DNA of 31,699 nucleotides from an uncultured Planctomycetales bacterium (GCA_964502625.1 CAZCXL010000001.1:1-31699); one strand, 5' to 3'; counted from the stretch's first letter, positions 1 through 8,024 are shown. Numbers and translations: made by a program. Notes: generated by a model from the letters alone, not told the origin.

Positions 1-116
1 CCGTGATGCGTGAAACTCACCTCCGCGCCGGCAGCGGCGAGAGCGCGCACCACAGCGCGGCCGATTACGCCACTGCCACCTGTCACCAAGGCCGAACGCA
101 GCGCGAGAGGATTCAT
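1..116 (-). CDS. SDR/Rossmann-fold oxidoreductase, N-terminal fragment (runs off the left edge)
   Basis: Not in the ORF track. Translation from ATG at 116: MNPLALRSALVTGGSGVIGRAVVRALAAAGAEVSFTHH, with a TGxxGxxG dinucleotide-binding motif. The ATG overlaps the bcrD stop (ATGA, 113-116). Confidence 0.8.
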   Translation of the reverse strand, partial: MNPLALRSALVTGGSGVIGRAVVRALAAAGAEVSFTHH

Positions 117-934
117 CTTGCGAGACCGGCCGGCGCGCGACACAAGAGGCGATGCCGTCCCAGCAGCGCCGCGCCGTAGGCGCCAGCATATTCGGCGTCT
201 GGATGTAGCATCACACTGACGCCAAGTTTGCTCTCCAGCGCGTGCACCAAGGCGCGATTCTTGGAAACTCCGCCGGTCAGTCCGAGGGGCTCCTCCACTC
301 CAACTTGACGCACCAATGAGGCCAGCCGATCGGCGATGGAGGCATGGGTTCCCTGCAGAATGTTGGGAATGGATTCGCCGTTAGTCACGTGGTTGATCAC
401 TTCGGACTCTGCTAGGACCGCGCAGATCGAGGAGATCTCGCACGGATGTGCGGCTTGCAGCGCAAGAGTGCTGACGTCTTCCAGCTCGATTTCCAACGCC
501 CGCGCAACGCGCTCGACGAATCGCCCCGCGCCGGAGGCGCATTTGTCGTTCATGCGAAAGCCCGCCACCCTGCCACTGGGCAGGGTGCGCACGGCGCGCG
601 CATTCTGCGCGCCTACGTCGAGCAGAGTGCGCAAGTGGGGCATCAGAGCCACAGCGCCGCGCGCGTGACAAGTGATCTCCGTGATTTGTATCTGGCGTCC
701 CGCAACTTGATAGCGACCATAGCCCGTGGCCGCTAGATATGCGATGTCTGTGCGCGGCACTTCGGCCAGCTCCAGCGCCGCCTCCGTCACGCGTTCGGCA
801 GCCGCGTCGAGGTCGAAGTGGGTCATGGTTGCAGCGCGTCCGAGGATCTTGATCCCGCCCTGCGCCTCATCGGCTGCAATCACGATCGCCTTGGTCATGC
901 GCGAGCCCACGTCGATTCCTACGACTACGCTCAT
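113..934 (-). CDS. bcrD: Class I benzoyl-CoA reductase ATPase subunit D (BcrD/BadG-like, ASKHA fold)
   Basis: GIDVGSRMTK, TGYGR, DVGAQNARA, cluster Cys in DKCASG and SSICAVLAE, NILQGTH, TGG. The SSICAVLAE...PNIL segment matches the BcrD/BadG pattern as recalled. Position after bcrA. Confidence 0.85.
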   Translation of the reverse strand: MSVVVGIDVGSRMTKAIVIAADEAQGGIKILGRAATMTHFDLDAAAERVTEAALELAEVPRTDIAYLAATGYGRYQVAGRQIQITEITCHARGAVALMPHLRTLLDVGAQNARAVRTLPSGRVAGFRMNDKCASGAGRFVERVARALEIELEDVSTLALQAAHPCEISSICAVLAESEVINHVTNGESIPNILQGTHASIADRLASLVRQVGVEEPLGLTGGVSKNRALVHALESKLGVSVMLHPDAEYAGAYGAALLGRHRLLCRAPAGLAR

Positions 935-1737
935 TGCGTCACCTCCTGCGCGCGCGAGCCTGCTAGCGCGCGCTCCAGCGCAAAGATGGCTGCGCCGAGC
1001 GCCCCCATGAACTGACTGTCTTCGCAGACGTTCACCTTCATGCTGAGGCGTTCTCCGATTGCTTGAACCATGCCTGGATTGCGGGCAACTCCTCCCGTAA
1101 AACTCAACTCTTCCTCCAGCCCGACGCGGCGCAGTAATGACGCGCTACGACCTGCAATGGCGCGGTGCACGCCGGCCAAGATGTCCTCACGCTTGCGCCC
1201 GCGTGACAATTGATTGAGGATCTCGCTCTCGACGAACACCGTGCAGACGTTGGTGATCTTGAGTTGTACCGTGCTGTGCAGAGAAAGCGGCCCGATCTCA
1301 GCGACCTCCATTCCCATCACCTCTGCCGCCGCCGCGAGGAAGCGTCCAGTGCCCGCAGCGCACTTGTCGTTCATGCAGAAGTCCACGACTTCACCCTTCT
1401 CCGTGATGCGAATTGCTTTCGTATCTTGCCCGCCGATGTCAAGAATGGTGCGCGTGCCGGGAAACAGGTGGGCCGCACCTTTCGCATGGCACGAGATTTC
1501 GGTGATCTGCGCGTCGCCCGTGGCAACCCGAAACCGCCCGTAGCCCGTCCCCACGGTGTAGACGACCTCATGCGTTTCGATTCCCGCCTCCGCGCATGCG
1601 TGAGCGAGCACCTCTTCGCCTGCGCGAACGACGTCGGCTCCAGTCATGCGCAATCCGCGCCCGGCAATCTCGCCATTTTGGTCGAGGACGATGGCCTTGG
1701 TTTGAGTGCTTCCGATGTCGATTCCAGCGGCGTACAT
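931..1737 (-). CDS. bcrA: Class I benzoyl-CoA reductase ATPase subunit A, compact 268-aa form
   Basis: GIDIGSTQTK, GTGYGR, EISCHAKGA, DIGGQDTK, MNDKCAAGTGRFL, NVCTVF, KREDILAGVHRAI, FTGGVARN. GGAG SD upstream. Lies between bcrB and bcrD. Confidence 0.8.
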   Translation of the reverse strand: MYAAGIDIGSTQTKAIVLDQNGEIAGRGLRMTGADVVRAGEEVLAHACAEAGIETHEVVYTVGTGYGRFRVATGDAQITEISCHAKGAAHLFPGTRTILDIGGQDTKAIRITEKGEVVDFCMNDKCAAGTGRFLAAAAEVMGMEVAEIGPLSLHSTVQLKITNVCTVFVESEILNQLSRGRKREDILAGVHRAIAGRSASLLRRVGLEEELSFTGGVARNPGMVQAIGERLSMKVNVCEDSQFMGALGAAIFALERALAGSRAQEVTQ

Positions 1738-1753
1738 GACGAACTCCGGTGTT

Positions 1754-3013
1754 TCAGGCTTCCGCCGTCACACGGCGGTGTTCGAGGGACTCGAAAAACG
1801 CGTCAATGCGGTTCTTCATCTGTGCGTGCGCGAAATAGCGCGGGTCGGCGAGATCGCTCTCCACAAAAAGCGTCGGAATGTGGTGGTCGCGGATGAACTG
1901 CTCACGCAGATCGGCCTGTCCCACCGAAAATGACCGGCAGGACTTGACCGAGTGAATCACTAATGCGTCGGCTTCATACTCGGTGACGTACTGCCTCAAC
2001 AATTGCGACCGCATCTCCCAATTGCGGTTGGTGTAGCAGCCGAGCATGTACTCCGCCATGGATTCAAAAGGCCGGTCAGGGTCGTGGCGGAAGCCAAGAT
2101 CCCAGACCCCGCCCACCTTGGAGTAGGTGGACGCCACCGTCACCACCCCCCAGCGCTTGAACATCTCCCAGAAAGCGCGGAAATGCGGCCAGGCCGGCGG
2201 ACCTTCCACCACCACCCGGAAGCGCTCTTCTGGCAGCGCGCCGATGCCGCGCTCCACGCGCTCTTGCACTTCTTGATGCAGCGCTTCGTAGTAGGCCAAG
2301 CATTCGGGAGTTCCGCGGAGGGTGTACATCGGTGCCATGAAGAACACCGCTTCAAAATATGCGTCCACCGGCGATGGGCGCCGTTTCGCGCTGTGCAGAA
2401 CGTTCACCCAGAGGTCTTCGCAACGGGCCGTGCGCGCTATTGCCTCTTGATAGGCGGTTTCGTCGAAGGGTTTTCCGGTCACTCGCTCGCAAACTTTCAC
2501 AAGTTCCCGCAGTTGCGCCTCGACATACTTCACCTCCTCCCGCGTGGGACCAGCAGTGCCGCGCAAATATGGCACATCCACTACCACCATCTCGGCGCCG
2601 TAGAATTCGGCAAGGGCCTCAAACCAGCGCAGATAGGTGGCGCACCCCGCATAGTTGCACACCAACAGGTCCGGCGGCGGCAGCGAGACGCCCTGCGGCA
2701 TGTGGTTGCCCTTCAACATCATGCCGATGTCGTTCTTCACGTAACCGCAGACGTCGCCAGAATAGCCAATGTCCTCGGCGGCAAGAATGTTGGCGCCGGC
2801 GACCTTCTTGATGCCGCACTGCAGTGCGTTAACCTCCGGAAACACGAGGTGCATGCCGCAGGCTTGCAGTAGTTCCCCGATGTTTCCTGAAATGAACAGG
2901 TAGGCGACCTTCTCACCGCGCGCCGGCGCCTGTTCTACGTGCTGGTACCAATCCGCCAGCATGTCCTTTTGGAGCCGCTGGCCGGCGCCCTGATGTAGGA
3001 ATGCCTGAGTCAT
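1754..3013 (-). CDS. bcrB: Class I benzoyl-CoA reductase subunit B (BcrB/BadE; 2-hydroxyacyl-CoA dehydratase family)
   Basis: DVCGYVKNDIGM, AGCATY, RPSPVDAYF, VVEGPP, ASTYSKVGG, GFRHDP, LGCYTN, KSCRSFS, ESDLADPRYF. Three candidate [4Fe-4S] Cys ligands. Confidence 0.9.
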   Translation of the reverse strand: MTQAFLHQGAGQRLQKDMLADWYQHVEQAPARGEKVAYLFISGNIGELLQACGMHLVFPEVNALQCGIKKVAGANILAAEDIGYSGDVCGYVKNDIGMMLKGNHMPQGVSLPPPDLLVCNYAGCATYLRWFEALAEFYGAEMVVVDVPYLRGTAGPTREEVKYVEAQLRELVKVCERVTGKPFDETAYQEAIARTARCEDLWVNVLHSAKRRPSPVDAYFEAVFFMAPMYTLRGTPECLAYYEALHQEVQERVERGIGALPEERFRVVVEGPPAWPHFRAFWEMFKRWGVVTVASTYSKVGGVWDLGFRHDPDRPFESMAEYMLGCYTNRNWEMRSQLLRQYVTEYEADALVIHSVKSCRSFSVGQADLREQFIRDHHIPTLFVESDLADPRYFAHAQMKNRIDAFFESLEHRRVTAEA

Positions 3014-4185
3014 GCCATTGCCTCCTCAGAAAAGAACAAGATGGATTCCGAAAAGGTCTCGGCTTGGGTGCGAACTGAGTCGAAGCTGCCCATTTTCTCC
3101 TCGAATTCAACGGTCACGTATGGGATGCCTTCGCGCTCGAGCGCGCGTTTGTGCAGAACGTAGTCATAGAAGGCGGGCTCGCAGAACTTGGCAATGCAGA
3201 ACATCACGCCTTGCGCTCTGGAGTCGCGCACCCGCTCCAGCAAGCGCAAACTGCGTTCTGAGGGGGTCGCGTGGCGCACCACCGAACCTTCCGCGTGGTC
3301 AAAATATGCATCGACCAAGTCCTGCCAAGGATCGCTGCTGCGTGTGAGCGGTTCCTTGAACCAGCGCAATCCGCGACCGAGGTCTGAATCCACCACAAAG
3401 ATGTGGGCTTGGTCGCACACGCGCAGCAATTCGAGCGCGGGCTGTTCGCAGAAGGAACCCTCCAGCACCACCCGAACGCCGTCTTGCGGCCTGCATTCGC
3501 GCGCCTGCAGCATACTTAGCACCTCACGCAGGACGCGGTTGTGCTCGATGGGATCACGCAATCCGCCGGCGCGCACCAGAATGTACCACTCCTCCAGCGA
3601 CAGGCGCCAGGGTTCGAGTGCGCGCACCGCACTGAGTTCCCGCAGCAACCCCCGCTGCTCCTCGAAGATCTCCAACGCGTGAGCGAGATCTTCGTCGCGC
3701 ACCGTACGCCCCGTGAGTTTCCCGACCTCGCCTGCAAGTCGCTTAAGTTCCGATCGGTAGTGTCTGCGCCCAACCGCACTGATCAAGTTTTGCGGGTAGT
3801 GCAGATAGTCCACAAATTGAGACGGGAAATTGCGCTTCCACACTCCGGAGAGGTTTCGGGCGACGTCGCACAGGGATCCGAACAGCATTCCATCCAGGAA
3901 TTCGAGTCGGTTAGTGAGTCCGAGCTCAAGGGTAGATCGCGAAATCGAGCAGATGAATGATTGAATGCGCGCATCGGCGTGCTCAACTTCGATGCGCTCG
4001 CCGCCGCCCCAGAGCGCGACTGGCAGCGCGCCGGCGGCATAGATCACTTCTTGAGGCACGTACACCGGGAAAAACCCCACGCAAGCGCGGTCAGCCGCAG
4101 CCTCCTTCCAATGCCGCACGGAGTGATACCCCAGATCAAGAAGTTCGGATTTGGCCTGGCTCAGGTGTTGCTCAAGGATGCTCAT
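3010..4185 (-). CDS. bcrC: Class I benzoyl-CoA reductase subunit C (BcrC/BadD)
   Basis: PVYVPQEVIYAAG, QSFICSISRSTLELGL, LCDVARNLSGVWK, GSFCEQP, KFCEPA. 391 aa. Confidence 0.9.
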   Translation of the reverse strand: MSILEQHLSQAKSELLDLGYHSVRHWKEAAADRACVGFFPVYVPQEVIYAAGALPVALWGGGERIEVEHADARIQSFICSISRSTLELGLTNRLEFLDGMLFGSLCDVARNLSGVWKRNFPSQFVDYLHYPQNLISAVGRRHYRSELKRLAGEVGKLTGRTVRDEDLAHALEIFEEQRGLLRELSAVRALEPWRLSLEEWYILVRAGGLRDPIEHNRVLREVLSMLQARECRPQDGVRVVLEGSFCEQPALELLRVCDQAHIFVVDSDLGRGLRWFKEPLTRSSDPWQDLVDAYFDHAEGSVVRHATPSERSLRLLERVRDSRAQGVMFCIAKFCEPAFYDYVLHKRALEREGIPYVTVEFEEKMGSFDSVRTQAETFSESILFFSEEAMA

Positions 4186-4964
4186 CGATGACTCCAGCGT
4201 GGAGCGCGCTTTTCGAGGAATGCAGTAAGCCCTTCGCGCGCGTCCTGCGTCGCCATCAAGGGCCCGAGGTATTGGCGCTCCAACTCCGGCAGCACCTCTT
4301 GCAGGGCTCTGCGCCAGGGTGCGCGCGCGGCGTAGCGCGCTTGCCGCAGCGCAGCACCGGAGAGGGACTGTGCCTGGTCTTTAATCCATTGAGCCACCAT
4401 TTCGTCGAGATGATTTTGGCTGACGATGTGCTCCACCATTCCCAAGCGATGGGCCTCAATCCCGGACAAGACGCGGCCGCTCGTCACCAAGTCGAGTGCC
4501 CGAGCGGCGGACATGCGCAGAGGAAGCAATGCCGCCGCGGCCGGAGGAAACACGCCGAGCTTGATCTCCGGACAACCGAGCGTGGCATCCTCCGCAGCGA
4601 TGATCACGTCGCAGGCGAGCGCAAGCTCTAGTCCCCCGCCCAAGCAACGGCCACGCACGCTGGCGATTACCGGCGGGAGGCGAGGATCCCCGAGCATGCG
4701 CAGCAGCGAGTGAAACTCTGGGAGCATCTGCTCTACCTGACCAGGGAGATGCTCGTCAACACTGGCGCCGTAGCTGAAGTGGGCGCCGCTGCCGCGCAGC
4801 ACGATCGCTCGGAGTTCCAGCTCGGTGGTGAAAATCTCAAGCTGCTCTTTGAGCCGGCCTATTAGAGATCGATCGAGCAGATTAGCCGGAGCCGGACCAA
4901 GCTCCAGCAAGGCCGCTGCGCCACCGCTGATGCGCCTCGTTTCGAGTCGCAGGTCTTGCATCAT
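4182..4964 (-). CDS. dch: Cyclohexa-1,5-diene-1-carbonyl-CoA hydratase (crotonase family)
   Basis: HFSYGASVDEH, CLGGGLELA, PEIKLGVFPPAA, DAREGLTAFLEKR. Start moved from 5030 to the ATG at 4964 (GGAG SD, ATGA overlap with the oah stop), giving 260 aa. Confidence 0.88.
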   Translation of the reverse strand: MMQDLRLETRRISGGAAALLELGPAPANLLDRSLIGRLKEQLEIFTTELELRAIVLRGSGAHFSYGASVDEHLPGQVEQMLPEFHSLLRMLGDPRLPPVIASVRGRCLGGGLELALACDVIIAAEDATLGCPEIKLGVFPPAAAALLPLRMSAARALDLVTSGRVLSGIEAHRLGMVEHIVSQNHLDEMVAQWIKDQAQSLSGAALRQARYAARAPWRRALQEVLPELERQYLGPLMATQDAREGLTAFLEKRAPRWSHR

Positions 4965-6097
4965 GAGTCGTTCTCCGCGGCCTCGCCCGCCCACGGCGCG
5001 AACCGACGCATGAATGCAGGATCTTCCCAACTCCCGCCCTCGGCCAAAGCACGGCGCATTTCGAGGAAGTCGGCCTCCCGTTGCTCACGCGGCGCGCGAT
5101 GAAAAGTTCGGAAGCCGGCCAGCGCTTCGGTCATCATGTTGAGCGCCAGCCACGCCCGATTCCCCTCCCGATTGCGATCCCAGTGCGCAAGCTTATGGCG
5201 CCGCAAATTTTCAAGTGTGTAGGTGGTGCAATCCGGCATGGTGTTGGCTAACTTCCAAGCCAACGCCTCCACCTCCCGGTCCAGCAGGGTGAAATCGGTG
5301 GAGCAGCGCGCAAGCAGCGCCTTGGCTTCATCCTTTGCGGCTCCCGTTTTGAGCGTTCCCCAAAGAGGACGACCCCACGCGTCGTATTCGGTCCGAGTCA
5401 CCACGAGTGGATTGGGAAGATACTCCCCGTCCAACAGCGTCACCGGCGCGAGGCCATTGATCAGCCCATAGCCGAAAGCCTGATGCGCGGTCCACGGCTC
5501 GCAGAGTGTGCAAGACTCAACCGCCCTCGCCCAACCGACGTAAAGCGGAAGAAAATCCGTCGAACCGCCGACCGGAGCCGAACCGTGCTTCGGGCCGGCC
5601 TGGCCAAATCGCGCAGTGTCGGCAGCGATCGAGAAGTCACAGGCCAGGCCAAGCTCCTGACCGCCTCCGATGCGCATGCCGTTGACCCGATTGATCACCG
5701 GCTTGTCGCACTCGAGCAATGCCGATACTAGGTCGTTGAATAGGCGCATATAGCGCCGGTACTCATCGGGACGCCCGCTGTAATGCTCGCTGTATTCGGC
5801 GGTGTTTCCGCCCGTGCAAAAAGCCCTTTCGCCCACTGCTGTGAACACCACTGACGAAACCTCCGGATCGTTCGAGGCCCGACGCAACTCGAGAATCAAG
5901 TCAGCAAGCGTGCGAGTGGTGTAAGAGTTGAGCTGCTGCGGATTGTCGAGCCAGATCCAGCAGTTGAAGATGCCCTCCACCGGACAACCGCGAACATCGA
6001 GCAGAGGGCGCTTTTCGCTGCGCAGCAATGCAGGCAACGACTCCGAAGCGAGGTCGTGATTCAGAAATGACTGTTTGATGGTGGTGAACACGGTCAT
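4961..6097 (-). CDS. oah: 6-oxocyclohex-1-ene-1-carbonyl-CoA hydrolase (ring opening)
   Basis: LDNPQQLNSYTT, FCTGGNTAEY, YMRLFND, RVNGMRIGGGQE, GQAGPKHGSAPVGGSTDFLP, NPLVV insert, AWLALNMMTEA. Start moved from 6523 to the ATG at 6097 (ATGA overlap with the had stop), giving 378 aa. Confidence 0.92.
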   Translation of the reverse strand: MTVFTTIKQSFLNHDLASESLPALLRSEKRPLLDVRGCPVEGIFNCWIWLDNPQQLNSYTTRTLADLILELRRASNDPEVSSVVFTAVGERAFCTGGNTAEYSEHYSGRPDEYRRYMRLFNDLVSALLECDKPVINRVNGMRIGGGQELGLACDFSIAADTARFGQAGPKHGSAPVGGSTDFLPLYVGWARAVESCTLCEPWTAHQAFGYGLINGLAPVTLLDGEYLPNPLVVTRTEYDAWGRPLWGTLKTGAAKDEAKALLARCSTDFTLLDREVEALAWKLANTMPDCTTYTLENLRRHKLAHWDRNREGNRAWLALNMMTEALAGFRTFHRAPREQREADFLEMRRALAEGGSWEDPAFMRRFAPWAGEAAENDS

Positions 6098-7167
6098 GGC
6101 ACGAGGATGGGGCGTTCGGGAATGCGGTGTGCGCGCACTTCTTCCAACACTTCGTTGACGGCATCCATTGGAAATTGCTTCACGAAGGGTTTGACCTGGA
6201 TGGCTCCCGAGCGAATGAGTTCCAGCGCAGGCGCGTAGAGTTGCGGTCGGCAGCCCCAATTGCCGAAGGCGTCTGCATCGAATGCCATCAGATTGCTGAG
6301 GCGCACCGGCACGCGGTCGAGGCAAAAACCCACAATGCCGATGACTCCGGCCGGAGTCAGCAGGGACCAAGCCAGTTCCTGTCCCGCAGGAGAGCCACTC
6401 ATCTCCAGGATTTTGAGTCCCACTTCCGGCAGCCCAGCCTCGCGACAAGCGGATTGCGCAGCAAGCCGCGCAGCCCTGGCGTCCAAGCCGCGGGTGTTCA
6501 CGACCCTTTCCGCGCCGAAGCATTGCGCGCGCTCAAGCCGGGCTTCGTCCACGTCCACGACGACCACCCGCGCTCCGCGCGCGCGCGCGATTTGGATTCC
6601 GAAGGAGCCGATTCCGCCCGCGCCGATCAACACCACTCCGTCACCGTTCGCGACGCCTGCGCGCTCGATGGCTTGGAAGGGAGTGGTGATTGCGTCTGCC
6701 AATACCGCCACGTCCGCAGCGGTCACGCCGGCGGGCAGACGATCAGCCTCCACGAGCCAGCGCGCCGGAGCGATCAAGTGGGAAGCAAACCCTCCATGGA
6801 AGTCATTGCCGGGCATGCTCTGATGCCGACATGCGTTCTCTCTCCCTGCGCAGCAGAGTTCACATGCGCCGCAAGGAAGCACGGCGGGCAACACAACCGT
6901 TTTATTGAGCCACGCTTCCGTGCCTGCTCCAGTCATCACGACCCGACCGGCAACTTCGTGGCCCAGCGCCAATGGCAGCGAGTGCCGCGTGCGCACTCCA
7001 CCGAACAGGAATCCGAGATCGGTGTGGCATACGCCGCAGCCTTCCACGGCAATGACCACTTCCTGAGGACCGGCCCGGAACTCCGAGACACTTGCGCGCT
7101 CCAGGGGCGCGCCCGTTGATGTCATCAGCCATCGGTATCCCGCGCTGTTCAGTCCCACGGGATTCAT
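6094..7167 (-). CDS. had: 6-hydroxycyclohex-1-ene-1-carbonyl-CoA dehydrogenase (Zn-dependent MDR)
   Basis: RWLMT, GCGVCHTD, LPLALGHE, CGACELC...C, MPGNDFHGGFASH, GAGGIG, RLSNLMAFDA, GNWGC. Start placed at ATG 7167 (357 aa). Confidence 0.9.
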   Translation of the reverse strand: MNPVGLNSAGYRWLMTSTGAPLERASVSEFRAGPQEVVIAVEGCGVCHTDLGFLFGGVRTRHSLPLALGHEVAGRVVMTGAGTEAWLNKTVVLPAVLPCGACELCCAGRENACRHQSMPGNDFHGGFASHLIAPARWLVEADRLPAGVTAADVAVLADAITTPFQAIERAGVANGDGVVLIGAGGIGSFGIQIARARGARVVVVDVDEARLERAQCFGAERVVNTRGLDARAARLAAQSACREAGLPEVGLKILEMSGSPAGQELAWSLLTPAGVIGIVGFCLDRVPVRLSNLMAFDADAFGNWGCRPQLYAPALELIRSGAIQVKPFVKQFPMDAVNEVLEEVRAHRIPERPILVP

Positions 7168-7277
7168 CTCAATACAATTCCCAGAGTAGAGCAATTAGTT
7201 TCCCTTTTTTCTTATATTATGGGAATTATATTTCCCTTCCCTCCTCACGCAGCCCCCTCCACAGGGAGGCTGCCAGA
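7168..7277. promoter_or_regulatory. AT-rich divergent promoter region: minus-strand TATAAT (7225-7230) inside a GGGAA-N6-TTCCC inverted repeat (7221-7236), plus-strand TATTAT (7215-7220)
   Basis: The only markedly AT-rich intergenic stretch in the window. Lies between the divergent had and YiiX-like starts. Motifs read directly from sequence. Confidence 0.6.
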
Positions 7278-8024
7278 ATGCTCCACATGGAGTGGCTCGG
7301 GAGACGGCTGGCGGGCTACCTCTCGAAGCCCAGCAAACGCGCGGCACGGCTGGCCACGTGTTCTCCGGAACAACTCGCCGCTGCGCTCCGCAAAGGTGAC
7401 GTGCTCTTGGTGGAAGGCTCCAGCCGCTTCAGCTCGGCGATCAAGTATCTCACGCAATCCACTTGGTCGCATGCTGCGCTCTGCATCCAGGATTGCGCAC
7501 CGGACGCAGACTGCCTCTTGGAGGCGGATCTGATGGCGGGTGTGCAACTCGTGCCCTTGAGCCGGTACGCGACCAGGCACACGCGCATCTGCCGTCCGGT
7601 GGGACTGAGTGCGCAAGAATTGGATGCCGTGGTCGCGCAAGCGAAGGCACGATTGGGTCAGCAATACGACTTGCGCAACGTCTTCGACCTTGCGCGCTGG
7701 CTGATCCAGCGGCCACCCGTGCCGGAGACTTGGAAGCGGCGATTGATCGCCCTAGGCAGTGGGGATCCGACGCGCGCCATCTGCTCATCATTGATTGCGC
7801 AAGCATTCCAGTCGGTGCATTACCCCATCTTGCCTGACTTCTCGCCCGCCGTCGCGGACGGCTCGGCGGAAGCCATGGAGATCTTGAACATCCGCCACCA
7901 CAGCCTGTTTGCGCCGCGCGACTTCGACATCTCTCCCTATTTTGAAGTGGTGAAGCCGAGTCTGGCGCAGGGATTCGACCCGCATCAATTGCACTGGCTG
8001 GACGCAGCGCCTACCGCGCAGTAA
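7278..8024 (+). CDS. YiiX/YebB-like permuted papain-like (NlpC/P60, C92) cysteine amidase
   Basis: GDVLLVEG, YLTQSTWSHAAL (His), LLEAD, QYDLRNVFDL, AICSSLIAQAF (Cys): His before Cys is the permuted order. GGGAGG SD before ATG 7278, so the start was moved from 7092. Confidence 0.8.
   Translation: MLHMEWLGRRLAGYLSKPSKRAARLATCSPEQLAAALRKGDVLLVEGSSRFSSAIKYLTQSTWSHAALCIQDCAPDADCLLEADLMAGVQLVPLSRYATRHTRICRPVGLSAQELDAVVAQAKARLGQQYDLRNVFDLARWLIQRPPVPETWKRRLIALGSGDPTRAICSSLIAQAFQSVHYPILPDFSPAVADGSAEAMEILNIRHHSLFAPRDFDISPYFEVVKPSLAQGFDPHQLHWLDAAPTAQ

Noticed and set aside
113-4185. 2-hydroxyacyl-CoA dehydratase plus activator (HgdABC/FldBCI) as an alternative call
   Set aside because: There are two different ATPase subunits, and the genes are coupled to dch, oah and had, which is diagnostic of benzoyl-CoA reductase.
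6098-6523. N-terminal extension of the 520-aa oah ORF; likewise the long starts for dch (5030), had (7194), YiiX-like (7092), RluA (8957), RlmI-like (9751), pntA (9595), SLC13 paralog 2 (19760) and parvulin (22877)
   Set aside because: These extensions are low-complexity, mostly overlap neighbouring real genes or promoter regions, and lie upstream of starts supported by ATGA coupling, SD or -10 boxes, or paralog alignment.
6576-6589. (CG)7 alternating run, potentially Z-DNA forming
   Set aside because: It lies inside had and encodes an Ala/Arg stretch; such runs are expected at this GC content.
6127-7119. 330-aa plus-strand ORF antisense to had
   Set aside because: Shadow ORF typical of GC-rich DNA, with no recognisable motifs.
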